From Octopus sinensis (taxonomy: Eukaryota): a DNA stretch of 64,000 nucleotides. The notes beneath the pieces are model-generated. The model made no database searches. It worked only from the letters and a program-made list of their open reading frames with translations, and was not told where the DNA came from. Position numbers and translations under genes: made by a program. This document shows, in pieces, positions 40,345 through 54,622 of the stretch; the first letter of the stretch is position 1, and every line of letters starts with the position of its first letter. Location of the stretch: NCBI RefSeq assembly GCF_006345805.1, contig NC_043025.1, forward strand, positions 620,001 to 684,000. The letters are read 5' to 3'.

Positions 40345-41014
40345 AGTGAATATTAATGATAATATTAAATGATAATATTAATATTTTACATTCCACCGGT
40401 ATCAGTATCTGAGTCTAAAGTTATAATTACTGCATACTGGTGGTACAGTTTTCAACCAGCAGGATGTAACCTGATGCTAATGCTTATGATATACATGCAG
40501 CAGAAAGGCGTGTCGTTCACAGGTTTAAAATAACTAAATTGCATTGTATATAAAATATGCTAAAAAGTAAGTTACTTCATGGTAACATTTAATTCTTATT
40601 TTAATGTCTTTTACACAGGATAAAACCCGAAATAGTGAACTCGGAATTTTGGAACTAAGTGAAAGACAATGATTGTTTACCATAAAGATTTTCCCGTTTT
40701 GCCGGAACATTCGATGTGGTTTACCAGAGCCTGGATTGTAGTACAATGCTTGTAAGTTGCGTCCCATGATTTGATTTTCCTCTCCCTTTATATTATGTAT
40801 TTGTGTGTGAAAGTGTGTGTCTGCGTGTGTGTTTGTGTGTGAAAATAAGTAATGGTAAATGAATTATATATGTGATATATATATAATATATAGCGTATGT
40901 AGATAGATAGTATGAGAGAACTATAATGATCATGATAGAAGATAAAGATACAGCACAATGTAGTTTGATAGAGAGATAGCTAGACAGACACTGATAGTTT
41001 TGAGATTATATAGA

Positions 41015-41047
<33 letters not shown>

Positions 41048-42407
41048 ATAGATAGATAGATAATGATAGAATATAAAGAGAATAATAGATAGATATATAA
41101 TATTAGAGATAGATAGATAGATTGATTGATAGATAGATAATTAGATACATAGATAAGATAATAGGATAGATAAGATAGATGGACATGATAGATAGATAGA
41201 TAGAATATATATAGATAGATATGTTTCTTTATTAGCCACCAGGGCTGCACACAGATAGAACAAATTACAAGGTAGAGCTTTTCTTTGGGGGTAAAAAAAG
41301 TGGGGTTGGGTTTCGATCAAAAGGGATCGTAAAAGGAAAGAAAGAGGACAAAAAAGGGAGGATTTTTTTAAAAAAGGGGAAGAGGGGAAAAAATAAAAGG
41401 AAAGGGAGAGAAAAAAAGTTGATCAATAGGGATCGTAATCACAGAAATGTCAATATGAAGTGTAAAGAAAAGCCTACGGAAAAGACCACGGTAACCTCGG
41501 TCAATGAAGTCACATGTTATATTTCTTTCTTTTATTTTTTTTTTGCAAATAAGCAACTCTCTGTATTAATTTTTACGGTTCATAGAATCATAGTCAAGGT
41601 GGCTTCGTCATTCATACGTGCCATCCTTGCTACATTCACCCATCTTTTTTTAAAACATTCGCTAGACAAAATTTGCCTCTCTACTCTCACTTTCCTCTTC
41701 ATGTGATACTTGAAGAAGTTGATGAGAGATTGACCAGAGAGGAAAGTGTTTGTCTCCAATCCTTTCGGGCGCGTCCACCAGATACATTCTTTCGCCATAG
41801 CCACAAGTATGATAAAAATAGCTCTTCCTTCCCGTTTGAAGGAAGGAGGCGTGACGATATTAACGATAGACTCGGCTGATAAACCGACACGTCCCACACG
41901 TGACAGCAGTCGTTCGACATAAGCCCACAGGTCGGAAATTGCTGGACACTGAACGATTGCGTGCAGAGCGGTTTCGTCGCTCTGCCCGCATCTCGGGCAG
42001 GTCGGCCCCGTGTTTCTCGAGCCATGCCTATAGAGCTTATCCCGAACGGGTAGCGCTTCTCGGTAGCACCGCCAGGCCAGGGATCTCTAGAAGTTGTCCA
42101 TAGGTCCCGGGCCGAAAGTCGTTTGAAACAGGCGGGTCAGGTATTCCTCGTCGACGCCCAGGTTTGCCACGAGATCGTCGTCGTACCTCCCCTCCACTAA
42201 TCCCCTATAGAATTCTTTGGTTGTGTTGAAGTCACTCAAGGTCGACCTGGGACGGCAGAGTTGCTTGAGAGCAACGCGACACTCGCGGTGCCATTCGCCC
42301 TTCCTCGGCCTCTTTTTGCCCCACGACTGTTGTTCGGTCATGGAGACGAGTTGCGGGAATGCGTGCCTCACAAACGGTGACCACACCTGTTCACCGTCGT
42401 CTACATA
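40345..42407. repeat. Segmental duplication, paralogous to 61838..64000
   Basis: Colinear unique flank, (GATA)n and Tx1 copy, including a shared in-frame stop. Confidence 0.9.
40900..41221. repeat. Imperfect (GATA)n microsatellite; also at 42715..42840 and 62420..62814
   Basis: Direct reading. Confidence 0.95.
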
Positions 42408-42715
42408 GTGCTGGAGATGTCGCAGTCTCAGCGCGTGTCTGCGCATCATCAACCACGGCATGCCCAGCCCTTCTTTTAACGGGTGTTGGCAGCAAATGGA
42501 TCGCCTGACCATCGGGACGCATCCTTTCCACAAGAAGCGGAAGAGGATGCGTTCTAGTTTGGTGATGGTAGGGTCGGGACAAGGTACGACGGTCAGCGGT
42601 AGTAGATGATGGACGCGATGTAGGCGTTCGCCACCTCCGCCCGACCTTTTAGGGACACTTTCCTCTCGGCCCATTGCTGGGCGAGAGTGACCACCCTACT
42701 CGTTATCTCGTTCCA
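41222..42715 (-). mobile_element. Tx1/L1-clade LINE lineage 1, 5'-truncated, flanked by (GATA)n
   Basis: RT C-terminal ORF pieces (FRFLWKG..GLGMP), zinc finger CPRC..H..C, 3' UTR ending GGCTAATAAAGAAACA(TATC)n; 5' junction also runs into (TATC)n. Confidence 0.88.
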
Positions 42716-42748
42716 GATAGATAGATAGATATGTAGATATAATAGTAT

Positions 42749-42797
<49 letters not shown>

Positions 42798-43099
42798 GAT
42801 ATAGATAGAAGATCGATTGATTGATCGATAGATATAGATCATTTTCTATTGTTGCATCCTTTAAAATTTCAGGAACACAAACCACAGAGCTTCAAATCCC
42901 GTTCGCTGTCTTCGATGAGATCCGACAATTCTAATGTATGGCGTAGAATTTAAACCATAGCTGTAAACAATTCCTTACGTTTGTCATCCATTGGGCTGCG
43001 CCTATGCTGGGGCACTGCCTTAAAGTGTTTTAGTCGCACAAATCGACCCCAGTATTTGTTGTTAAGCCTGCTGCGTATTCTCGCGATCCCTTCCGCTGA

Positions 43100-43890
43100 T
43101 TTGGCTAGAGTTACGCAACTTTATGCTTTTGATTTTTTTATTATTACTTACCAGAAAAAAGAAAAACATGAAGTTAATTATCGTCAGCCGCAGGCAATTC
43201 TGAATCAGACGTAAATGCTTTGAAAATGACGTGGTAAAAATGTGAAAAGTTTCAAGTGGTTGTAAGGAATTTAATAAGATACCGATCGGCCAAATTACTG
43301 GGACGTAAAAAACCGGAACCTCTTCCCAAGCGGTCATAGTGGATAAACTGAAACACATACACATATACATACACACGCTCACATATACATAGATATATAC
43401 ATATATGTAAAATATATATATATATATATATATATACATAAGTGTGTGTGTGTGTGTATATATATATAACAAAGTAAGTTTGGGGCTACTAATAAATATA
43501 TATAATTGAAATATAGGATAAAATTTTTACGAGGATTTATCAAGTAGTTATTGTGAAAAACCTCAGAAGGGATAACTTATTAATTATTCCCTATGAATAT
43601 ATTTATATATATTAAGGGCATTACTTATACATAAATGCCTCACGCTAGGAGGGTCTCTTGAAGTATAAACTACTATAATGCCCACATTGTACAAAACGCG
43701 AGGGAATGCAACTCTCAAAGCGAGCCTCCAGAAACAGACGTAGCTGAACATCATATGATTCCGTAATTAGTGCACAAAATGCACTTTTCACTCATCAGCG
43801 CAGCCTTTGTCAAGACATAAAAATTAACAAAAATCAACGTACCAAACGAACACTTGTATCCTGGCGTTTGATACAATGTGGTTATTATAT
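43100..43890. repeat. Duplication of 16965..18070 lacking the family C SINE
   Basis: Colinear near-identity. Confidence 0.88.
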
Positions 43891-44218
43891 TCAGGCAGTC
43901 ATAGATGACGGAAGCGATGTACGCATTCGCCACCACGACTCGACACTTCACGAACAGCTTCCTCTCTGCCAATTTCTGGGTGAGATCGACTATCCTGTTC
44001 GTCACCTCCCACCCGTTGTTGTCCCACCTCGGGGTCTACAGCAGACCAGACCCCAAACAGTCTAACCTGTCTTTCCGTTTAGCGCCCTACAAACTGTCGG
44101 TTGGTATGGGTCTGCCTCTCCATCTGCCGAGTTGCAGGCCCACCGACTTCTCTTGGATAAGCTTTGCTCCTATCAACGCTTGGTCCGTGTTAGCGGATAC
44201 GAACATTCCACATCCTAA

Positions 44219-44261
<43 letters not shown>

Positions 44262-44615
44262 GGCATCTGTATTTCTAATTATATAATTTCGATTTGAAAA
44301 GTTTCAGTCAGCAGTTTATGATGATTGGCGGTGGAAGTGGAAGAGTTAAAATGAGAGAGGGGTAGAGAGAGTGATAGAAGAGATTGAGAGAGGGGAAAGA
44401 AGATGTGGAGGGTTGATGTGTACGATTTTGAGTGTGTGTGTGTGTGTCTGGGTGTGTGATGCAATTAGATACATAACCCTGCCTAAGCTTTTCTTTAATA
44501 TGAAACTGGAGGGAATATCACATTAACGATTGCATTAAATGATATAATTTTACTGTGAAGAAGTGAGTGAAATGTTTAGCCGGAAGAAATTTTCAATAAC
44601 AATAATAATAATAAT

Positions 44616-44664
<49 letters not shown>

Positions 44665-44672
44665 TAATAATA

Positions 44673-44710
<38 letters not shown>

Positions 44711-44711
<1 letters not shown>

Positions 44712-44960
44712 TTAGAGAGCAGTGCATGCCATCAAAGTGACACTAGGGTAAAATATACGAAGCCCAGTTACCCATCATGACTACCCGTCTGATAAGGGTA
44801 CACCAGGCACATGCATCACAACCATAAGTGCGAAACATGATGATCTCATATCAAGATAAAAAGCACATGACCTTGTATGTGGGGCCCAGTTAGAATTTTC
44901 TTCTGATCGAGTAACAGATCCTGCTCAAAAGGTCCCTGAGTAAGGGTTGTTTAAGGATTT
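44711..44960. mobile_element. Unclassified interspersed-repeat fragment abutting (TTA)n, possibly a retroelement 3' end
   Basis: Replaces the SINE 5' part found in the four paralogous segments; family not identified. Confidence 0.35.
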
Positions 44961-47274
44961 CAATTTCCCCCGAGGTCGACTTTGCCTTTCATCCTTTCGG
45001 GGTCGATTAAAGAAGTACCAGTTACGCACTGTGATCGATATAATCGGCTTAATCCGTTTGTCTGTCCTTGTTTGTCTTTTCTGTGTTTAGCCCCTTGTGG
45101 GTAGTAAAGAAACAGGATACAGTAGACATGGACAGTGGAGATTTAACGCTGAGACAACGAGTACACAGTTAAAAGAATAACAATGATATCCGACAAAAGA
45201 ATATAACAATGAAAGTTCGTAATAGGTGCAGGTAATCTCCTGGAGTTGGCTCAGGTACCCCCACCCCAATCCTGAACAACTCGACGCTTCGAGAGCATCT
45301 GGGAAGAACACTCTCCTTTCTTTCAAATTCACTAGCTCAAAGGCGTGTTATTAGAGTAAGTCCACTCACACGTACCATTTTCGCTATTCATCCACCTTTT
45401 GGCAAATGTACTGGGAGGCAGCACTTCACTCTGCACCCTCATCTTCCTTTCCAAAGAAAATTTGAAAAAGTTGACGAGTGATTGGCCGTAGAGAAAAGTC
45501 TCTGCCTTTAGTCCTTTTAACCTGGTCCACAACACAGCCTCTTTCGCTACTTGCTATTAGACATAAGTAAATTGCCTGACCTTCCGGACTGATTGAAAGT
45601 GGATGATCGATCTTCACTACGGACTCGGCCGATAGATAGAACCACCGTACACGTGATAACAGCTGTTCAACATAAGAAAAATCTAATCAAGAATAGACGG
45701 AATTTTTCAGTTCTTCAAAATATATTTATACTTGACAACGACTGAAAATTCCAGACCTAGAGTCCAATAGAGGATTAAGCATCTTAGATCTGAACAGGAT
45801 ATGCACTCTTTCAGCTAAACAATGTTTATATTTATTCGATCCATTCACATAAGTTATGGATTCTCAATTACTTCCCATCCAGTCACATGTGGTGTTTCGT
45901 TTTCTTCCAAACTTAGCCACTTTCGTAGCTTTACTTTTGGCCTATGTCGGAAGGGGATTATGTGATTGGCATAACGACTTTAAAATTCACCTTTAAATAA
46001 GCAAAAGAATAAAAGAATAAAAGATTGTGTGTGTGTGTGTGTACATGCATACAAAAATACACCCACATACGCACGGATATGTACATAAGCGCGCACACAC
46101 ACACTCATAGGCGTATGGATTATTGTTTCGGTAAGTTGTGTCCACGAGAAAGACACTTCCAGTGCTCTCATCTGAAAAGCACCAGCATTAACCAGGGGTT
46201 AACATTGCGACAGACTGGTATCCGGTGTGTTGTATCCTTGTGTGTTGAAATATATATACTGGGGGCCTAATGAGCCTGTAGATCAGGCAGAGAATTTAGC
46301 TTAGAAAATGCTTTAATATAGATATTTAGGCATGCGCAGTCAAGTGTTTGTGTAACGTTTATGGAGGAAAAGTCGATATGAATATGACAAAAAAAGAAAC
46401 ACCGTATTTTCCGGTGTGTAAGCCGCTATTTTTTACCTGGGAAATTTAGTGTGCCGCTTAGAGAAAGGTGCGCCTAATGTGTGTAACTTTTTTTATAGTT
46501 CCAGGAGGAAAATAATTTGTGTATGGAGATCGAATGATTCCACTGATTTTTTTGGAGGAAAGGTCGGTCGATGAAAGACTATTGCTACAGGACATTTGTG
46601 CCTGGAAGAAAACAAAGCACATTTGTTTTGTTTTAACTTCATGTTTTGATAATGTTTTTTTTTATCCAATAAAGAATTTAATATTGACGGAAGGTGTTTG
46701 TTGCTGATTATAGTAAGATAAAATAAAAAAAAATCAACAATACATCTCAAAGTTGAAGAATAAAACATTTTGAAAATACATACACATCAACAACAACAAA
46801 GCTAGCAGCGGTCACGTGGTTCCATAAGTCTTTATAAAACACAAGGGTGTATATTAATGGCACTGAGGATTTTCAATGTCGTTGCCGTGCTCATATGTAT
46901 TCCTTCACTAATCCCGAATCTAAACTATTTCAATCTTTAGCAACACACATATACAACCTCAATTCAAAACAATGCCCAACACGCTCTATCGTGGTCCATA
47001 GTATGTGAAGCTCCCCTCTACAACACAAATATAGGTAAATGTATGTTATGTATAAAAGGGTCATTAACTATTCTTCGCCTCCACAACCCCTCACTGTTAA
47101 ATTCTCTGACGTTATTTTTTATCGTAAATATAAATACTGCCCGACATTCATGCACTTCCCTAATTCCAAATAAATAAAGCTGTAACGTAAAACAAGTGTC
47201 AACCTGACAATCGACAAGTGAACACATTCCAAATAGCAAATGTGTGTGTGTGTCTATGTATACATATATGTATG

Positions 47275-47337
<63 letters not shown>

Positions 47338-48418
47338 CAGATTTATATATATATATATATATATATGAGCATATGCAATACATATGAAATATCCAAAATT
47401 GCATTTACAAATACATAATATATACATACAAGCTCTTACATACATACATGCAAACACACACACATATACGCACAATATATATACATATAAACTCCTACAT
47501 TAATACACAGTATTAAAAACATTAAGTAGTCAGCATATATATATAGATACCTACAGAAATATAAATATATATAACACGCATCCCAAATTTATTCCAAGTA
47601 TTATGATCAATCGATTTTTCATCCTCCTCTCAGCCTCCTAAATCTCTCCAACACACATCACAAATTTCTTCAAATTTTTGCTTTTCAACCGTCTCTACTC
47701 TCATTTGACCCTTCTCGGCTTCAAACAATAATTAACAAAAGTCAAATACTAAGAAAAATACCGACCCGATTTTTTGTACTACTAACATTCTTAACCACTC
47801 CCTCGTACCTGAAAAGTGTCCTTAAAAAATACCCCACGTAATTTGAGATGGAATTGCTGTTTCATTATTGTACCAGCTAGAAGGGGATACTCCTTCAACA
47901 TTCAGATGAATTACTTATTTATTCACATCGTTTAAAATTAAACATACGTTATCTTCTAGCTTTGAGATTTTGATTATGTGTTTGCTTACATTTAGAATAA
48001 CATTGCATGGTGGTTGTGAAAGGGTTAATGTGTTCAGTTTCAACAGAAAACAGGAAGAATATTTGGGCCCGACGTGGCCAGTGCCAATGCTAATGGGTTA
48101 ACTGAAAATTACTGAAGTAAAAATAAAAGCATAAAAAAACATTTTAGGTGATTTGGGGACCCAAATTTATGAGGTCTTAAGGGTGGAGAACCTTTTTATC
48201 CCATCCTTAATGCCGTTGAGGAGACTGGACAATGGCCAATAGAAGGCCGATATAATATAATGAAAATCGTAACTTACCAATAAAGTGCTGTTAGTCTCTG
48301 TTCGTAAGAGGTAGTGAATGTTTATATATATCTATATATATATATATGTGCGCATATATATATATTGCGTCATTTGTTTATTTACCATAAATTTTTTCAT
48401 TGAAGTAGCACACAATTA

Positions 48419-48484
<66 letters not shown>

Positions 48485-48655
48485 AAATATAGATTGGCGT
48501 CTTTATTTCTCATTATATGAATCCGATATGAAAAGTTTGCGTCAGCAGTCAAAGATGGGCGTTGATAGTGGAAGAGTGTAAATGAGAGAGGGGAAAGAAA
48601 GTGATAGAAAGAGAGAGAGAGGGAGGGAGAAAGAAGAAAAAGAGGGTTTTGTGTG

Positions 48656-48686
<31 letters not shown>

Positions 48687-48974
48687 TTGTGTGATGCTAT
48701 TAGCTACATAACCATGTACTAAGGATTTGGTGAGATTGATACATTTTAATTCCTTTCACTTACTCAGTATACCCTCCTTCTTCCGGGACATTAGCATTCC
48801 AGCAGAAATGGAGAAATGAAAATTATGTCACTGTCTGGTGTTGCATGTGTGTATGTATGTGTGTGTGTGTATATGCGTAACTTCATGAGACTGTTTACAT
48901 CCGCGTAACTGAAATGAACTTGAAATAATCTAAGTACTATTTTACAAATTGTGATATCTGTGTGTGTGTGTATA

Positions 48975-49011
<37 letters not shown>

Positions 49012-49075
49012 ACGCACACACAGTTATCAGAATTATAAAAACGTATATATTCATGTATTTGTATATATATATATC

Positions 49076-49197
<122 letters not shown>

Positions 49198-49371
49198 GGT
49201 GAATGAACTATTCTAGCATGGAAAATTCGTTTAACCGATACCTGGGTAGAAAATTCACGTCGGAAAACACAGTTGAAGTGACCTGTCAAGGGTAGAAACT
49301 CCGGGTTCTTGTGTGCAAATTTGTGTTATTTATATGAATAAATGAAAGAATGGAGTCGAACGAGGTTTTTA

Positions 49372-49454
49372 CTCTCGACACATGTTTCGAAGACGGCATA
49401 ATTTTAATTCCGAAGGAATAAATGGTGCATTATGCCATCTTCTCATCAGGAAAG
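49372..49454 (-). ncRNA. Type I hammerhead ribozyme (duplicate of 32461..32542)
   Basis: Same core; helix II GAAGATGGCATAAT..ATTATGCCGTCTTC pairs fully. Confidence 0.8.
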
Positions 49455-49820
49455 ATTAAGAGCCTCTTTCAGCCACAAGACGAACAAAATTTTTGATGAT
49501 TGCCTACATGGTGACCACAGTGACAATGAGTGTTTTTTAAAAATAATCCGTTATAAGCAATGACTTCAGAAATGGGTAGAAGGAGGGAGTAGTAAAAATA
49601 GGTAGGGGACAATATGTATGCTGTATGTATGATGATGTGCGGGTGTGTGCTTGTGTTAATGATTGCGAGTGATTGTGTATGTCTATGAGGGTGTATATAA
49701 CTGCATTTGTGTCTGTGTGTGTATGTGTTATTGTGTGTGTGAGGTAGACAAACGTGAAATACACTTAGTAGTAAGGTGTGAAATTTGTGTCTGTGTGTTT
49801 GATCGTGCGTGTTATAGAGA

Positions 49821-49890
<70 letters not shown>

Positions 49891-50543
49891 CGTCAAAGAA
49901 ATTTAGTAGCTATGGAACATAAAATCGTTTAAAGGCGACGTTAACCGGAAATGATTAAAATATTGTTATGCGATCAGACGATAGATTTTTCATCTGTTAG
50001 AATCATCTCACTTTTGTTCGATAACTATTGATCATCGATCTCTTCCCAAATACAATGTCAAAAGCCAACATTAAAATGAAGTACATTTCTAAATTCTTTG
50101 TTAGACCCTCCAGTGTTCACATTGTCATCCACCATTCTCTTCCTGAAGAATCTCTGAAGCTTAAGCTGGATGTGCTAGAAATAGCAGCCAAATATTTCCT
50201 CTGAGAAGACGATAGATACATTTAACGATAGTGTCACTACAGAAAATCAAGTTATCAATAACGATAATAATTTAAATGGTATATATAATGATTGACATGG
50301 AAGCAAACGATACAAATTCATTTAACAATAGTTCGTTTCTGAAAATTACGTTTGTGAAATAAAGTATATAACAATTATAACAATTCTGAAGAGGAATTAA
50401 AGGTTTTAGCAGCTTTAAAGTTATGGGAAAAGAATTTTCGTTATCAAAGTAATAATATTTTATACGAAAGAAGGATGACAGGCGAGGATTTTGTGGTGTG
50501 AAGGGTCTTCAAGTGTATACGTCCTGGTGTGTGTGTGTGTATG

Positions 50544-50588
<45 letters not shown>

Positions 50589-52563
50589 TGCCTGTGTGTG
50601 TGTGATGCACTGAGATATATAACGATTATAATAATTGACACAATTATATTCCAAACTTCTATAGGCGCGTAAGTGGCTGTGTGGTAAGTAGCTTGCTTAC
50701 CAACCACATTGTTCCGGGTTCAATCCCACTGCGTGGAACTTTGGGCGAGCGTCTTCTGCTATAGCCTCGGGCCGACTAAAGCCTTGTGAGTGATTTAGTA
50801 GACGGAAACTGAAATAAGCCCGTTGTATATATGCATATATATATATTTCTATGTGTGTGTTTGTGTGTCAGTGTTTGTCCCGCCTTCCCCCCAACATCGC
50901 TTGACAACCGATGCTGGTGTGTTTATGTCCCTGTAAGTTAGCGGTTCGGCAAAAGAGACCGATAGAAGAAGTACTAGGCTTACATGAATAAGTCCTTGGG
51001 TCGATTTACTCGACAAAAGGCGGTGCTCCATCACGGCCACATTAAAATCACTGAAACAAGTAAAAGAGTAAAAAAGAGAGAGAGAGAGCTCATCTGTACC
51101 CAAACATTCAATAGTTTGATGTCCTATTTTCATAGGAGTGAGGGGAAGAGGGAGAGGAAAACATGCAGGGGCCTCTAAACTGTTTAACGTATTTGTATCT
51201 GAGAAAGTCTCCAGGATTCTTGATGCCTTCTGCAAAAAGTGAAAGATAAAAAAGGAAATTGAAAGAAAAACTAATTGTCTTCCAGTATCTGTGTGTGTGT
51301 CTGTGTGCGTGTGTGTGTGTGTCTGTGTGAGTTTGTGTGTGATGCAATGAGATACATAACCATATCTATGAGTTTCTTTAATATAAAACTGAAGTGAATA
51401 TTTATGATAATATTAAATGATAATATTAAATGACATAATTTCATTGTGAAGGAGGATTAATCTTTAATGTTTTCAGTCTCGTCCACCACACAACTTGTTT
51501 AGCCCCCGGGCAGAAGAAACTGCTTTTCCTTCCCGGCCTAAAGAAGGTGGCGGGGCGATCTTTACAATGAACTCGGCTCGTAAACTGGACGGATGAGTGC
51601 ATGCAGGACTACTTCATCGCCCTGCGCACAACCCAAACATATCCCTCCGACAACACTTTCGTATCTGTAGAGCTTGTCTTGAATCGGCAGAGCTCCCCGG
51701 TAGCACTGCCAGGCCAGGGATTCCTGGAAGTTAAAGACCAGTTAGTTGATTCCCTCCACCTCCGCCCAGAATTTACCCCGATATCGTCGTTGTTCTTTCC
51801 CCTCTACTAATCCCCTATAGAAATCCATGGTGGAACTTTCAACGCCCGCGTTGCCTGACTGGCAGAAAGCTGTAAAAGCTTGCCGACACTCCAGGTGCCA
51901 AGCGCCATTTCTTGGCCAACGCTTGACTCAGTACTGTAGCTTCTTCAGTGAGACGAGCCGCAGAATGTCCCGTTTGACAAACAGTCAATCCCCTATTCTC
52001 GCCGCTAAAGAAACGAAGGAGCTGTCGCAGTCTCAGCGCATGTCTGCGAATCATTACCAACGGCATGTCCAGTACTCCACTGAGAGGTTGTTGACAGAAG
52101 ATGGACCGTCTGATGAGCGGAACACATCCCTTCTTTAGAAAGCGGAATAACAAACGCTCTAACTTTATCGGGCATGGGACTACATTCAGGCAGTCATAGA
52201 TGACGGAAGCGATGTACGCATTCGCCACCTCGACTCGACCCTCCACGAACAGCTTCCTCTCTGCCAATTTCTGGGTGAGATCGACTATCCTGTTCGTCAC
52301 CTTCCACCCGTTGTTGTCCACCCCGAGGTCAAGAGCAAACCAGACCCCAAGCAGTTTAACCTGTCTTTCCGTCTAGCGCCCTACAAACTGTCGGTTGGTA
52401 TGGGTCTGCCTCTCCAACTGCCGATTTGCAGGCCCACCGACTTCTCTTGGACAAGCTTTGCTCCTATCAACGCTTCGTGGACAGTATTATGATGACACAG
52501 TCCGTGTTAGCTGATACGAACATTCCACATCCTAAGACACACATATATACATATATATATATG

Positions 52564-52616
<53 letters not shown>

Positions 52617-52774
52617 TATATATATATATATATATTTAGCGGTTCGGCAAAATGGACCGATAGAATAAGTACTGGGCTTACAAATAATAAGTCCTGGGGT
52701 CGATTTGCTCGACTAAAGGCGGTGCTCCAGCATGGCCGAAATCAAATGACTGAAATAAGTAAAAGAGTTAAAAG

Positions 52775-52812
<38 letters not shown>

Positions 52813-52974
52813 CTGTATTTCTAATTATATTATTTCGGTTTGAAAAGTTTCAGTCAGCAGATTATGATGATTGGCGGTGGAAGTGGAAGAGTTAAAATGA
52901 GAGAGTGGGGAGAGGGAGTGATAGAAGAGAGAGAGGTGAAAGAAGAAGAGGAGAGTTGATGTGTACGATTTTGA

Positions 52975-53005
<31 letters not shown>

Positions 53006-53203
53006 ATGCAATTAGATACACAACCCTGCCTAAGCTTTTCTTTAATATGAAACTGAAGGGAATATCACATTAACCATTGCATTAAATGACATAATTTTAT
53101 TGTAAAGAAGTGAGTGAAAAGTTTAGCCGGAAAAAATTCCAATAATAATAATTATAATAATAATAATAATATAATAATAATAATAATAATAATAGTAATA
53201 ATA

Positions 53204-53250
<47 letters not shown>

Positions 53251-53266
53251 TAATAATAATAATAAT

Positions 53267-53302
<36 letters not shown>

Positions 53303-53386
53303 ATTAATAATAATAATAATAATTATAATAATAATAATAATAATAATATAATAATAATAATAATATTAATAATAATAATGATAATG

Positions 53387-53418
<32 letters not shown>

Positions 53419-53423
53419 AATAT

Positions 53424-54495
53424 CTACTTCAGAAGGAAGGAAAACTGATCCAGATAGCGGCAAAACACGAGCAAAACAAAAAACTGTTCTCAGTATTTAA
53501 GGAAGCTGACAAATACAAACAGGAAATCATACCACCTAATAAACATGAAGAAGAAGAAGATGAAGAAACAACAATAGCTATAAAACAAATGAAATCCAAA
53601 CTAAAAATAGAACAGCAACGAACCATGATAAAACGATGGCAAGAAAAGCCCCTTCATGGTAAATACTGGACTAAACTAAACGCAAAAATAGACAAGAAAA
53701 ATCCCAGCAATGGTTGAGAAGCTCAGGACTCAAAGCAGAAACAGAGGGATTTTTAATTGCAGCACAAGACCAAAGCCTCCCCACCAGAATTACCAAAAAC
53801 ATATAATGAAAAGAAATATTACAAGTAACTGCAGAATATGTGGAGATGGACAAGAAACAATAAATCATATTATCTCTAGCTGTCCAGTCCTGGCTAAGAA
53901 GGAATATATTCACAGACATGACAGAGTTGGAACCTACATACATTGGAAGCTATGCCAACATTATGGAATAACAACAGAAAAAAGATGGTATAGGCACACA
54001 CCAGAAAAGGTCACAGAAAACAAGAAAGCAACCATACTCTGGGATATGCCGATACACACAGATAGAGAAATTAAGGCCAACAGACCAGATATAGTTGTCA
54101 GAGATCATGAAGAATAAAATGCTTTCTGATTGATGTATCAATAGCGTCAGATGACAACGTGTCTCTAAAAGAAATGGAGAAACTTTCAAAATACAAAGAC
54201 CTGGAAATAGAGGTAACTAGAATGTGGAATCTGAAAACAGAAACAATTCCTATCATAGTAGGTGCATTAGGCATGATACAAAAATATTCAGACAAATACA
54301 TAACAAAAACACCAGGACTTACAAACACATATACCATACAGAAAATTGCACTACTAGGCACTGCCCACATCCTACGCAGAACACTTTCCATACAATAACC
54401 ATCAGAGCATCACAACAAATCACAGCACATACCCAAGGCACACAGAGCTGCGCTCGGTAGTGAAGTGAAAGCACGATATAAAAATAAAACTACTG

Positions 54496-54496
<1 letters not shown>
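53424..54496 (+). mobile_element. R4/Dong lineage A, 5'-truncated, frameshifted
   Basis: CRICGDGQETINHIISSC, HRHD, RPDIVV, KYKDL; (AAT)n on both sides. Confidence 0.92.
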
Positions 54497-54592
<96 letters not shown>

Positions 54593-54622
54593 TTTGTTAT
54601 TATTAATATTATTATTATTATT

